Shown here: positions 11,486 through 21,400 of the stretch, piece after piece | Layout of the letters: every line of letters starts with the position of its first letter | Numbering within the stretch: position 1 is the first letter of the stretch | From: Scenedesmus sp. PABB004 | Taxonomy: Eukaryota | Length of the DNA: 64,000 nucleotides | Assembly: GCA_014905635.1 (NCBI GenBank) | Contig: JABVCE010000016.1 | Location: 248,001-312,000 of the forward strand | Direction: 5' to 3' | The notes under the pieces: model-generated | Databases searched by the model: none | Seen by the model: only the letters and a program-made list of their open reading frames with translations | What the model was told of the DNA's origin: nothing | Translations under genes and position numbers: made by a program

Positions 11486-14400
11486 AGCGGGGGGAGGCGC
11501 GCAGGGGGCGCGGAGGTGAGCAGCACACGCTGCCGCGCCGCACGCGGCGCGCAGCACGCGGCGCGCAGCACGCGACGCGCAGGAAAGCGCGGCGCAGCGA
11601 AGACCGGCGCGCAGCAAAGCGCGGCTCGACACGGGGCGCGGCGGCGGGTGCGCACATCGCAAACATGACGAACTGGCTGTAGCCCATGCTCGCGCCGCCG
11701 ATGGCCGAGGTCTTGCGGTTGGCCACGTTGGCCGCGTGCAGCAGGTGGCGGTACGTGCCCGACACCTGGGGCTGCATGTTGTACGCCTGCGCGGTGAGGG
11801 CGGGCGCGGGCAGGTCGCGTCAGCGCATGCGACCGCGGCCAGCATGGGCCGGGCGGCGCCGAGGCCGAGGTCGGCGCTGCGCCGCCGCACGCGGCCCCGC
11901 GCCCCCGCGCCGCGGCCTTGCCTGGATGACGCGAATGCTCGCGACCGCCTCCTGCACCGCCTGGTTGGCGGTGGCGTAGAGCTTGTCGGAGCTGCTCGAC
12001 AGGCCAAACGTCAGCCGGATGTGAATGTAGCTGCGCCGCGGCGCGGTGCGCGCGGCGCGCGGCGCGGGGGCGACGTGGCGTTGGTGCGAGAGGGCGCCGG
12101 CAGAGGGCGGGCGCGGGAGGGCAGCAGCGGGGGCCGCGCTGCGCCGCGCAGACGGGCGGCGGCGGCGCGGCGGCGGCCGCGGCGCGGCGGGCGCGCACCC
12201 GCCGACGACGACGAGCGGCGCGGCGCCCGTGATGAGCAGCGCGACGCGCCAATTGAGCCAGAAGGCCAGGCCGTACGCGACTGAGCGCGAGGGGAGGGTG
12301 TGTGTGGTGGGGGCAGGGCGTCGTGCGGGGCGAGGGGCGCGGCGGCGGCGGCGGGCGCGTGGTGGGGCACGCGGCGCGGCCGGCGCCTGCCCCGGCCGCG
12401 CCAGCAGCCGCGCCCGCAGCCCGTTCAACCAAAACCATGAGCCCCTAAACCCGTGCCCGCCGCGCGCCGCGCTCACCGGCCATGAGGCTGACGTTCTGGC
12501 TGACCACGCCAAAGACGTCGCCGACCGCGCCGCGCAGCACCGCCGCGTCGGTCGCGAGCGCCGACCCGAGCCGCCCGCTCGCGTTCTCGTCCAGGTCATA
12601 CCAGCCTATGTTCTGGCGCAGCATCGCGCCAAAGAGCAGCAGGCGCACGCGGCGCGAGAGCGCCTGCCCCGCGACGGCAAAGCTCCACAGCTGCAGCGCG
12701 GTCGCCTGCGGCCGGCGGCGGGCGCGACGGCGCGCGGCGCGGCGCGGCGCTCGGCGGGCTGCCCGGCCCGGCCCCCTCCCATCCCGGGTGCGCCGCCGCG
12801 GGCTCACAATGAGCACACCCCAGCGGCCCCCACTGCAGCCCCCACTGCAGCCACCCCCCTGCAGCCCGCCCCCCATCCCCCGGGCTCACGATGAGCACGC
12901 CGCAGGCAATTGCAAAGAAGGCCCAGGCGTAGAGGCTCGCCGAGCGGCGCAGCGCCCACACGTCCTGCGGGGCGGCGGCGCGGAGGGCGCGCGGGCTTCG
13001 AGGCCGGGGCGCGGCGAGCGGGGCCGCCGCGCTGCGCGCGCGCGCGCCGCGGCGCGGCGCGTGGCGGCTCCGCGCGGCGCTCACGGGCGTGAAGAAGTTG
13101 GCGGTCATGCCGCTGCGGGGCGGCGGCGGGGTTTGGGCGGCGGCGGCGGGCGCGTGCGTGAGGCGGCTGGCGCGGCCGGCGCGGCCTAGCTTGGCGCGGC
13201 GTTGGCCTGGCGAGGCCGATGTGTGCGCGCTGCCCCCGCCCGCACGCACGCGCTGCCCGCGCACACACGCACGCGCTGCCCGCGCACACACATCACAAGC
13301 ACACACACGCCGCCTCACCTGATGATGAAGGCAAAGGCCGGCTGCACCGCGCCGACAACCGCGCTCGCGACGGTGCCCAGCAGCAGGTAGCCCAGCTCGG
13401 GCCGGTTGAGCGCAAAGAGGCGGGAGAAGGGCACCTGCAAGCGCGGACGGGGGGCGCGGGAGACCGCACGGGAGACAATGCATGGTGAGTGCTCACGATG
13501 CAGCGGGCGGCGGGGGGAGCGGCGGGGGCGGGCGAGGCGGGCGCCGGAGCGGGCGCGCGAGCGGCCGCGCGGCAGCGCGGCGCGCACGTTGACCGCCGGC
13601 TCGGCGGGCGGCGCCTCGTCCTTGCCGTCCTTGGCAGCGGCGGCCTTGCCGCCGCACCGGGCGAGCCAGCCGGCGCGCCGCGCCGTGGGCGCCGTTGCCG
13701 CCGCGGCGCCCTCGGTCGCGAAGGCGGCCGCCGGCGCCGCGCCGTGCGGCGGCGCGGGCGCGCCCTCGACCACCACCTGCACCGCGTCGCGGCTCGCGCT
13801 GCGGGCGGTGCGGCGCGGGGCGCGGCGCGCGCCTGGGCGGCCGCCCAGGGAGGCGGCGGCGCGGCCCGCCGCCCACGCGCCCGCGCCTGCGCCCGCGGCG
13901 CTTGTGGTGCCGCACCGCTTCGCGACCTCCGCCTGCTCCGCCGCGAGCGCCTCCTCCAGGCTGTGCGTGCTGGCGTGCGCCGAGGGCTGGGCGCCCGAGC
14001 TGGTGCGCCGCGCGACCTCCAGCGAGCGCCGCCTGCGGCCGGGGGCGGCCGCGGGCGGCGTGCGGCGGGCGGCGGCGCGGCGTCGGGCGCGGCGGGCCGG
14101 CGGCGCGCGCCGCCGCCGCCGCGCCGCGGCCGGCCGCCGCGCGCCGGGCACCTGGAGGCGACGCGGTCGAGGCTGTCGCGCGAGACGGGGCAGCCGTCCG
14201 AGGCGAGCACCTCGGCCACCTCCGCCTCCACCTCGTCCGCCGCCTCGGCCTGCTGCATCTGCAGCTTCACCAGGTTGGTGTACGCGCCTGGGCCGCGGCG
14301 GGCGGGTGGCGGGGCGCGCGCGCGCGGCGTCGACCACCCGTGCCGCCGCAGAGGCTGCGCGCGCGCCCGGCCGCGCCCACTGCGCTTCGACCCGCTCGAT

Positions 14401-17400
14401 GTTGCCGGGTGCGTCGCGCTTGACCTTGGAACACCCACATGCCAATGGGTGTACAAGATCAAGCGCGACGCAGCCGGCAACATCGAGCGGTCCAAGGCGA
14501 GGCCGGTCGCCACAGGGCCGCCACCAATGCGCGCGCGGCGCCCGCGCGCCCGCCCGCCCGCCCGCCCTCGAGCACGCGCGCGCACACTCACCGAGCGGGT
14601 CGGCGAGCAGCTCCGCGTGCGTGCCGCGCTCCACGACGCGCCCGCCCGCCATGACCACGATCGCGTCGGCGCCCTGCACCGTGCTCAGGCGGTGCGCAAC
14701 GACGATGGTCGTGCGGCCGACGACCATGCGGTCCAGCGCGTCCTGACGCGCGGAGGGCGCGGCGCCGTGCGGGGCGGTGGTGTGGCGGTGCAGTGCGGCA
14801 GGGCGGGGCGCGGGCGCGGCAGGGCAGCGCAGCGCAGCGAGGGTGCGGGCAGCGGAGCGCAGCGCCGCACCTGCACGATCGCCTCGCTCTCAGAGTCGAG
14901 CGCGCTCGTCGCCTCGTCCTGCGGCGCGGCGAGAGCGGCCGCGCGGCTCGCGGCCACGCCTCGCGGCCGGGCGCGCGCGCCGCCGGCCCCGGCGCGGCGA
15001 CCGCCGCGGCGCGGCGCCGCACCAGGAGCAGGATCTTGGGGTTTTTGAGGATCGCGCGCGCGATGGCGATGCGCTGCTTCTGCCCGCCGCTCAGCTGCAC
15101 GCCGCGCTCGCCGACCTGCGCGCGCAGCGCGCCGCGGGCGCGCACGGAGGCGGCGTGAGTGCTGGGGATGGCCGCGGCTCCGGCGCGCCGCCCGGCGCGC
15201 GCAGCCGCCGCCGCGGCCGCCGCGCCGCCGCAGCGCGCCTGCGTCTGGTAGCCCTGGGGCAGCGCGGTGATGTAGTTGTGCGCGTTGGCGGAGCGCGCCG
15301 CGGCGGTCACCTCCTCCTCGCTCGCGCCTGGCCGCGGCCGGGGCGGCGCGGCGCGGCGAGACATAGGCGCATGAGCGGCGCGGCAAGGGCGGCGCGTGAG
15401 CGTCGGCGGGCGGCGCCGTGGCGGCCGGGGGCGGCGGCGGGGGCGGCGCCGCGCGCGCACCGGGGCGGCCCTGGAGGATGTTGTCGTAGATGGTCGTGGC
15501 AAACAGCGTGGGCTCCTGGCTCACGAGCCCGACCTGCGCGCGCGCGCGTGCGCACGCGGCGCGGGCGTTCGGAGCTCAGGGACAGCGCAGTGGGCGCGTG
15601 GCGCGGGGCTCGGCGACGGCCGCGGCGTGCGTGTCGTCGTCACCTGCGCGCGCAGCCAGGAGAGCTTCAGCGTGCGTATGTCGCGGCCGTCGAGCAGCAC
15701 GGCGCCCTCGAGGGGTCGTAGAAGCGCTGCGGGGGTGGTGGTGGCGGTGGCGGTGGTGGTGGGGTGGGTGGTGGGGGTGTGCGGCGCGGCGGAGCGGTCG
15801 GCGCGCGGAAGGGCAGCCGCGCGCACCTCGATCAGCCCCACGACCGTCGACTTGCCGCTGCCGCTGCTGCCGACGAGCGCGACCGTCTTGCCTGGCGGCG
15901 CCGCCGGCGCGGAGGGGCGGGCAGGCCGCGCGGCGCGTCGGGCGCGCGCGGCGCGGCGCGGCGAGCAGCGTGCGGTGGCGCGGGTTCGGCGGCGTGCATA
16001 GGACACGGAACGCACCCGCGGGCACGTCGAGCGTGAGGCTGGTCATGACCATGACGTCAGGGCGGGCCGGGTAGGCAAAGCTCACGCCCTCCAGGCGCAG
16101 CGCGCCCGCCACGGCGCCCGGCTCGTCGCCGTCGCACTCGGCGTCGATCGCAGGCACCCTGCGTGCCGCGCGGGCAGAGGCGCGGCGGGGGTCGGGCCCT
16201 GCACGTGACGCGCGTGCGGGGCGGGGCTCCCTACTCGCTGCCCCCCAGCCCCGCGCGCGGCCGCCCCGCCTCCTCTCTGCCCCTGGCGAGGCCACGCCCC
16301 CCCCCCCCCTTCAACCCGCCCCGCCGTCCTCGCCTGTTGATGACGCTGAACATCTTGGCCCCGCTCGACGCGCCCTTGTAAAAGTGCTGCAGCTGCGGCG
16401 CCGCCTGCGCGCGCGGGCGCGGCGGCCGGCGGGCCGCGCGCGTGGGCGCACGGCGCGGCGACGCGCGAGGGCGGGGGCCAGCCCCGCCGGCCTCCCCGCC
16501 CGCCCTCCTCGCTCCGCCCCTCCCCGCTCCGCCGCCGCATGCCGCACCATGCCGAGCGAGAAGGAGCCGAGCAGGGCGGCAAACATGACGTTGATCACGT
16601 CGCCGCCCATCATCGCGCCCTGCGTCACGCGCACCGAGCCTGCGCGCGCGCGGCGATGGCGGCGCCGCCGGCGGCGGCGGCGGGGCGGCGGTGCTCGCCC
16701 CGCGGCGGCGCGCTCGCCCGCCCCGCGGCGCGCCCGGGCGAGGCCCCGGCCTCGGACGCCGTGCTGCCGCGACGCGCGCGGCGGCGCGGCCCACCGTAGA
16801 AGAGGGCGACCGCGTAGGAGCAAAACATGACAAACTGCATCGCGCCAAGGCTGAGCCCGCCGAGCAGGCCGACCTGGTTGCCAACCTGTCGTCGCGCCGG
16901 CGGCGGCGGCGGCGGCAGGGGGAGGGAGGGGCATTGGTCCGGGGCACGCCGCGGCGGCGCAAGCGCGCAGAGAGCGCGCGTCTCGTGCCGCGCGCGAGTG
17001 TGGGTCTAGGCGCGCCTTCTGGGGCACGTCCAGGCGCGCGTCGTACTCGGCGTGCGCCGCGGCCTCGCCGTTGTAGGCCGCAACGGTGCGGATCTGGCGG
17101 CGGGCGCGGCGGCGGACGGTGCGGCGTGGGCGCGCAGGCGAGCGGGCCGCCGCCTAGAGGACAGGCCCCGCCCTGCGAGGCTCGCCGCGCACCTGCGCGA
17201 GGCTCTGCTGCACGACCGCGCCGGCCTCCGTGTACGCGGCGTTCTGCTTGTCTGTGAGGCTCGTGGTGAGCTTGGCGAGCACTCCGCCGACGCCGGCGAG
17301 GAAGGGCATGCAGCCGACGAGCACGAGCGTCATGTCCCTGCCGCCGGGGCGGGGCGGGGCGGCGCGCGGCGCGGCGAGACGCGTGGGAGGCGGCGCGCGG

Positions 17401-18661
17401 CGCGGGAGCACAGCGCGCGGCCGAGCGGCGTGCGGCGCGGGGGGGGGGGGGGGGGGCGCAGCGTGGCGGCGCGGGAGCGCGGCACGCGGCGCAGTGCGGC
17501 ACGCAGCGCGGCACGCGGCGCGGCACGCGGCGCGCACCAGCCCTTGACGAAGGCAATGATGAAGCCCACGATGAACGTCGAGCTGTGCTGCAAGAACACG
17601 CCCACCTGGCGGCCGCGGCGCGCGGGCGCCACGGGCGCCGCGTGTCGCGCGGGCGCGCTGTGCGGGCGCGCGGCGCGGGCGCGGCGTGCGCGGCGCGGGC
17701 GCGCGCGGGCGCACGCGCGGGGCGCGCCTTGTCGGAGAGCGCCTGCTGCACTGCGAGCGCGTCCTCGTTGAGGCCCTGCAGGAGGCCGCCCGTCGTGGCC
17801 TGGGTGTCAAAGAAGCTGATGTCCTGCCGCATCACCGCGCGCAGGTAGAGACGGCGGAGGCGGTTGGTCTGGCGCACCGAGGCGAGCGTGAACGCGCCCT
17901 GCTGCAGCACGCCCGCGACGGCCGCGCCTGCGCGCGCGAGCGCCACGCGCGGCGGCCGGCAGCCGGCGGGTCAGCCTCACCACCGCTCGGCGGCGCCGCG
18001 GCCCCTGCCCGCGCGGGCGCGGCGCGGCGTCCTGCGAGCGCGCGGCGCGGCGTCCTGCGAGCGCGCGGCGCGGCGTCCTGCGAGCGCGCAGCGTCCTGCG
18101 AGCGCGCGGGCGCGGCGTCCTGCGAGCGCGCACCGATGGCGAGGTAGAGGAACTGCAGCGCGATGGACGAGACGAGGTTTGAAAACTCGGCGTTGCCGAT
18201 GAGCCGCCCCGACGCGGCGAGCAGCGGCGGCGGCGGGCCGGCGCAGTCGGGCCAGTACTCGCCAAACGCGTTGACGAAGCCTCCGAACAGGATGCTGAAG
18301 AGCGGGAGCATCACGCCGCTCGCGAGGCCGCCGAGCACGCCCGCGGCGACGAGCGCGCGGTCGAGCGCGTCGGCGGTGCTGCGTCGCGGCGACGGGCGTC
18401 GGCGCGTTGGCGCGACGCCGGCGCGCGCTGGCGCGCGTTCCACGACCCGCGCACGCTCTCCCACTGCTGCTGAGCTGCGCCGCACCTGTAGAGCGCGAAG
18501 TAGCCGGTCGCCGCGGGGCGCTCCGTCGCCGGGGATGGCGCCGCCGCGCTGGTGGCGTCGCCGGCGCCGCCGCCCTTGCGAGGCGAGCTGTCCGACAGGC
18601 TGTAATCGGCGCGCACGCTCACGACGGTCCCGGACGGCTTCTCGGGCTGCGTGTCGGCCAT
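8697..18661 (-). CDS. ABCB: Full-size ABC transporter, subfamily B (P-glycoprotein/MDR; TMD-NBD-TMD-NBD), more than 30 exons
   Basis: Two Walker A motifs ([18 protein letters not shown]), two LSGGQKQR signatures, two [11 protein letters not shown] and two VAHRLST, plus the TMD motifs RQDISFFD and RQNIGWYD. One apparent -1 frameshift at about 15712. Confidence 0.97.
10490..10575. repeat. Intronic inverted repeat (36-bp arms, 32/36 complementary, 14-nt loop)
   Basis: Arms 10490-10525 and 10540-10575 are reverse complements with 4 mismatches and include an AT-containing core (GGTTGTCGTGGTT/AACCGCGACAACC). Confidence 0.85.
11418..11484. repeat. (TG)n microsatellite in an ABCB intron
   Basis: Pure TG run read directly. 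Confidence 0.95.
14392..14518. mobile_element. Ty1/copia reverse-transcriptase relic present as two inverted copies forming a fold-back, inside an ABCB intron
   Basis: The plus strand translates [26 protein letters not shown], matching the copia RT N-terminal motif WVYK.K..G...YKARLVA.G. The minus strand of the left arm gives [15 protein letters not shown]. Arms are 14392-14437 and 14446-14490. Confidence 0.85.
18025..18131. repeat. Intronic minisatellite, 5 copies of a GCGTCCTGCGAGCGCGC core
   Basis: Read directly. The same core in reverse complement (CTCGCAGGACG) occurs about 3 times at 7565-7632. Confidence 0.85.
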
Positions 18662-19244
18662 GCTGGCCGGCGCCGCGCAGCAGCTGCGCCGCCGCTGCGG
18701 CCGGGGGGGGGGGGGGGGGGGGGGGGCGCCCTGCGACGCTGTCGAGGACAGGCGACGATGCGAGGACGCGGTGGAAGGTCAACCAGGCGGGGAACGGCTC
18801 GGCGAGCCGCGACGGTTCGCTTACGCTAGAACGGCGCGAGTGGCCGCGGCGGCGGGGCGGCGGGGCAGGCTCACAGCACCGGGGCGGTGCGCGGAGCTGG
18901 GGAGTGGTCGCGGCCCGCGGCGGGAGCTCAGGCAGCGGCGGCGCAGCAGCGGCGCGCGAGCAGACGCGGCGAGTTTAAGCGTCGCAAGCCGCGCCACACT
19001 CTCGCTTTCGCGGCACTAGCGCCCGTGCCCTCGCCCGGTGGCCAGGCACGCAGGCGCCGCCGACCGACCGGAGCAGCGGCAACCGCCACCGGCAACCGCT
19101 GCCCGCGCTGCCCGCGCGCCGGCAGCCGTCCGGCCAGCGCAGCGACAGCGGCGGAGACGCATCCAGAGACGCATCCAGCAGCGGCGACAGCGGCAGCGGC
19201 AGCGGCGGCAGCAGCGGCAGCAGCGGGCGGCCGCGGCGGCGCCA

Positions 19245-21081
19245 ATGGGCGCGCAGCACAAGCAGCTGGGCCCGCTGGCCGAGCTGCTGGCGGGCCTGGC
19301 GCTCAGCGGCTTCGTCGGCAGCATCCTCGGCGCGCTCGCGCTGCTGCTCGGCGCGGCGGCCGCGCTCGCGCTCGCGCCGTTGCACCCCGCGTCGTGGACG
19401 CTCGCGGCGCTCGCGGTGCGGTGCGCGGCGCCGCAGCGATTGCCCAGCCGCGCCGCGCCGCGCGCCCACGCGCCACGCCGCCCGGCCCGCCGCGCCGCGC
19501 GCCCACGCGCCGCGCCGCCCAGGCGACGCTCACGTTTGTACCGTTGTGGGAAAAGAACGGCCCGCTCGCGGACGGCTTCATGCGCTACTGCTGCGCCGCG
19601 GCGGAGAGCTACTTTCCAGTTGACGTGGTGCGCGCCACGGCGGCGGCGGTGGGCGCATGCGGCGGCGGCGGCGGCAAGGGGCTGGTTGGGGGTCTCGAGG
19701 GGGCAGCAGCGGCGCGGGCGCTGGCAGCGGCGCGTCCGGCCGCGCCACGCCGCCGCCGCCGCCGCCGCAGGTGACGGAGGCGGGCGCTGAGTTCAAGGCG
19801 GACCGGACGTACGTCGTCGGTGAGCGCGGGGCGGGCCCTGCGGGCGCGCCGCCGTGCGCGCGCAGCCAGCGGCGCGCTGCGGCGAAGGCGGCCAACCGAC
19901 GGCCGCCGCCGCGGCGGCGCAGGCCTCGAGCCGCACTCGGCGCTGCCGACGGCGCTGCCCGCGGTCTTCGGCCTGCAGTCGTCGATGCTGCCCGACGGCC
20001 TGCGCGGCCGCACGCACGGCCTCGCGTCGTCGGTGGTGCGCGCACGCGCCGCCCGGGGGGGCCCGGCAGCCGGCCCTCAAAGATTGGCGCGTTCGGTCCG
20101 TCCAGCTGTCTGTCCAACGCTCTCTCCCCCTCCCTCCGCCGCCCCCGTGCGCAGTGCTTCCAGATCCCCCTCGTGCGGCACATGTACTGGTGGATCGGCA
20201 TCCGCCCCATCACGCGCGCCGTCATGCACCGCCTGCTGGGCCACGGCAAGTGCGTCGTGCTCGTCCCCGGCGGCGTGCAGGTGCGGCGGCGGCGCGGCCC
20301 GAGCGGCGCCGGGCCGCCGGCGGCGCTCGCCCAGATCTCCGAGGCTGGTGCCCCGCACACGCACGCGAGGCTGGTGCCACGCGCACACTCGCACACCCAC
20401 GCACTCGCACGCTCACTCACGCGTATGCACGCGGTGGCTTCCCACCCACACACCGCGCGCAGGAGTGTGTTTACATGCAGAAGGGCTGCGAGACGGCGTT
20501 TGTCAAGTCGCGGCGCGGCTTCATCCGCGTCGCGATGCAGGCGGGCGCGGGCGTGGTGCCCGCGTTTGCCTTTGGGCAGAGCGGCACGTATTCCTGGTTC
20601 CGCCCCGGCCCGCCGCTCATGTCCGAGGCGGCGGTGCAGGCGCTCTCGCGCCGCATGGGTGCGCGCGCCCTGCGCGCCGCGCGGCCGGGGTGGGGGTGCC
20701 TGAGCCCCCGCGCAAGCGCTCACGGCCCCGGCTGGTGCGGCCCGCGCCTGCCGCGCACGCGCAGGCCTCGTGCCGATGGCGCTCGTGGGGCGCTGGGGCA
20801 CGCCCGTGCCGCTGCGGTCGCGCATGACGGTCGCGTTTGGCGCGCCGATCGAGGTGCCCCGCTGCGAGCACCCGACCGACGAGCAGGTGCGGGCGCCTGG
20901 CGCGGCGGCGCGCGCAGCGGCGGCCAGCCGAGCGCACAGCACAGAGCGCTGAACGCGCTGACCGCGCCGCGTTGCGCAGCTGCAGACGTACCTCGACGCC
21001 TACATCGCTTCGCTCACTGCGCTGTTCGAGAAGCACAAGGCCGCCGCGGGGTACGGCGACTACAGCCTCATCGTGATGTGA
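19245..21081 (+). CDS. DGAT2: Type-2 diacylglycerol acyltransferase (DGAT2/DGTT family), about 8 exons
   Basis: YFP, EPHS, VPGGVQE and RRGFIRVAMQAGAGVVPAFAFGQ blocks, with N-terminal TM segments. Confidence 0.93.
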
Positions 21082-21400
21082 GCACCTGGCGTGCGCGGCG
21101 GTCGGCGCGGTCGGCGGCGGCGGCGAAAAAAATGAAGAATTGGACGTTCCTGCAGCAAGAGCTGGTGGCGGCGCCCGCGGCGGCACGCGCGCTTGTGACG
21201 CAGCAGCGGCGGCGGGCCGCGCCAACCGCTGCGCCCCGTCCCCCGGTGCGCCGCACTCCGCCCTTCACGCGACCCGCTGGCGCCAGGCGTCGCCGTGGAC
21301 GCACGCCGACGGCCAGTCCGCGCAGCCGCCGAGGCGAGCAGCAGGCGCGCCCGCCGCAGCGGAGGCCCCGCAGCCCCGGCCCCGGCCGCGCAGTCGCAGC

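Noticed and set aside
14392..14518. Intact LTR retrotransposon
   Set aside because: Only about 25 codons of RT-like sequence are present. No LTRs, PBS, gag or integrase were seen.
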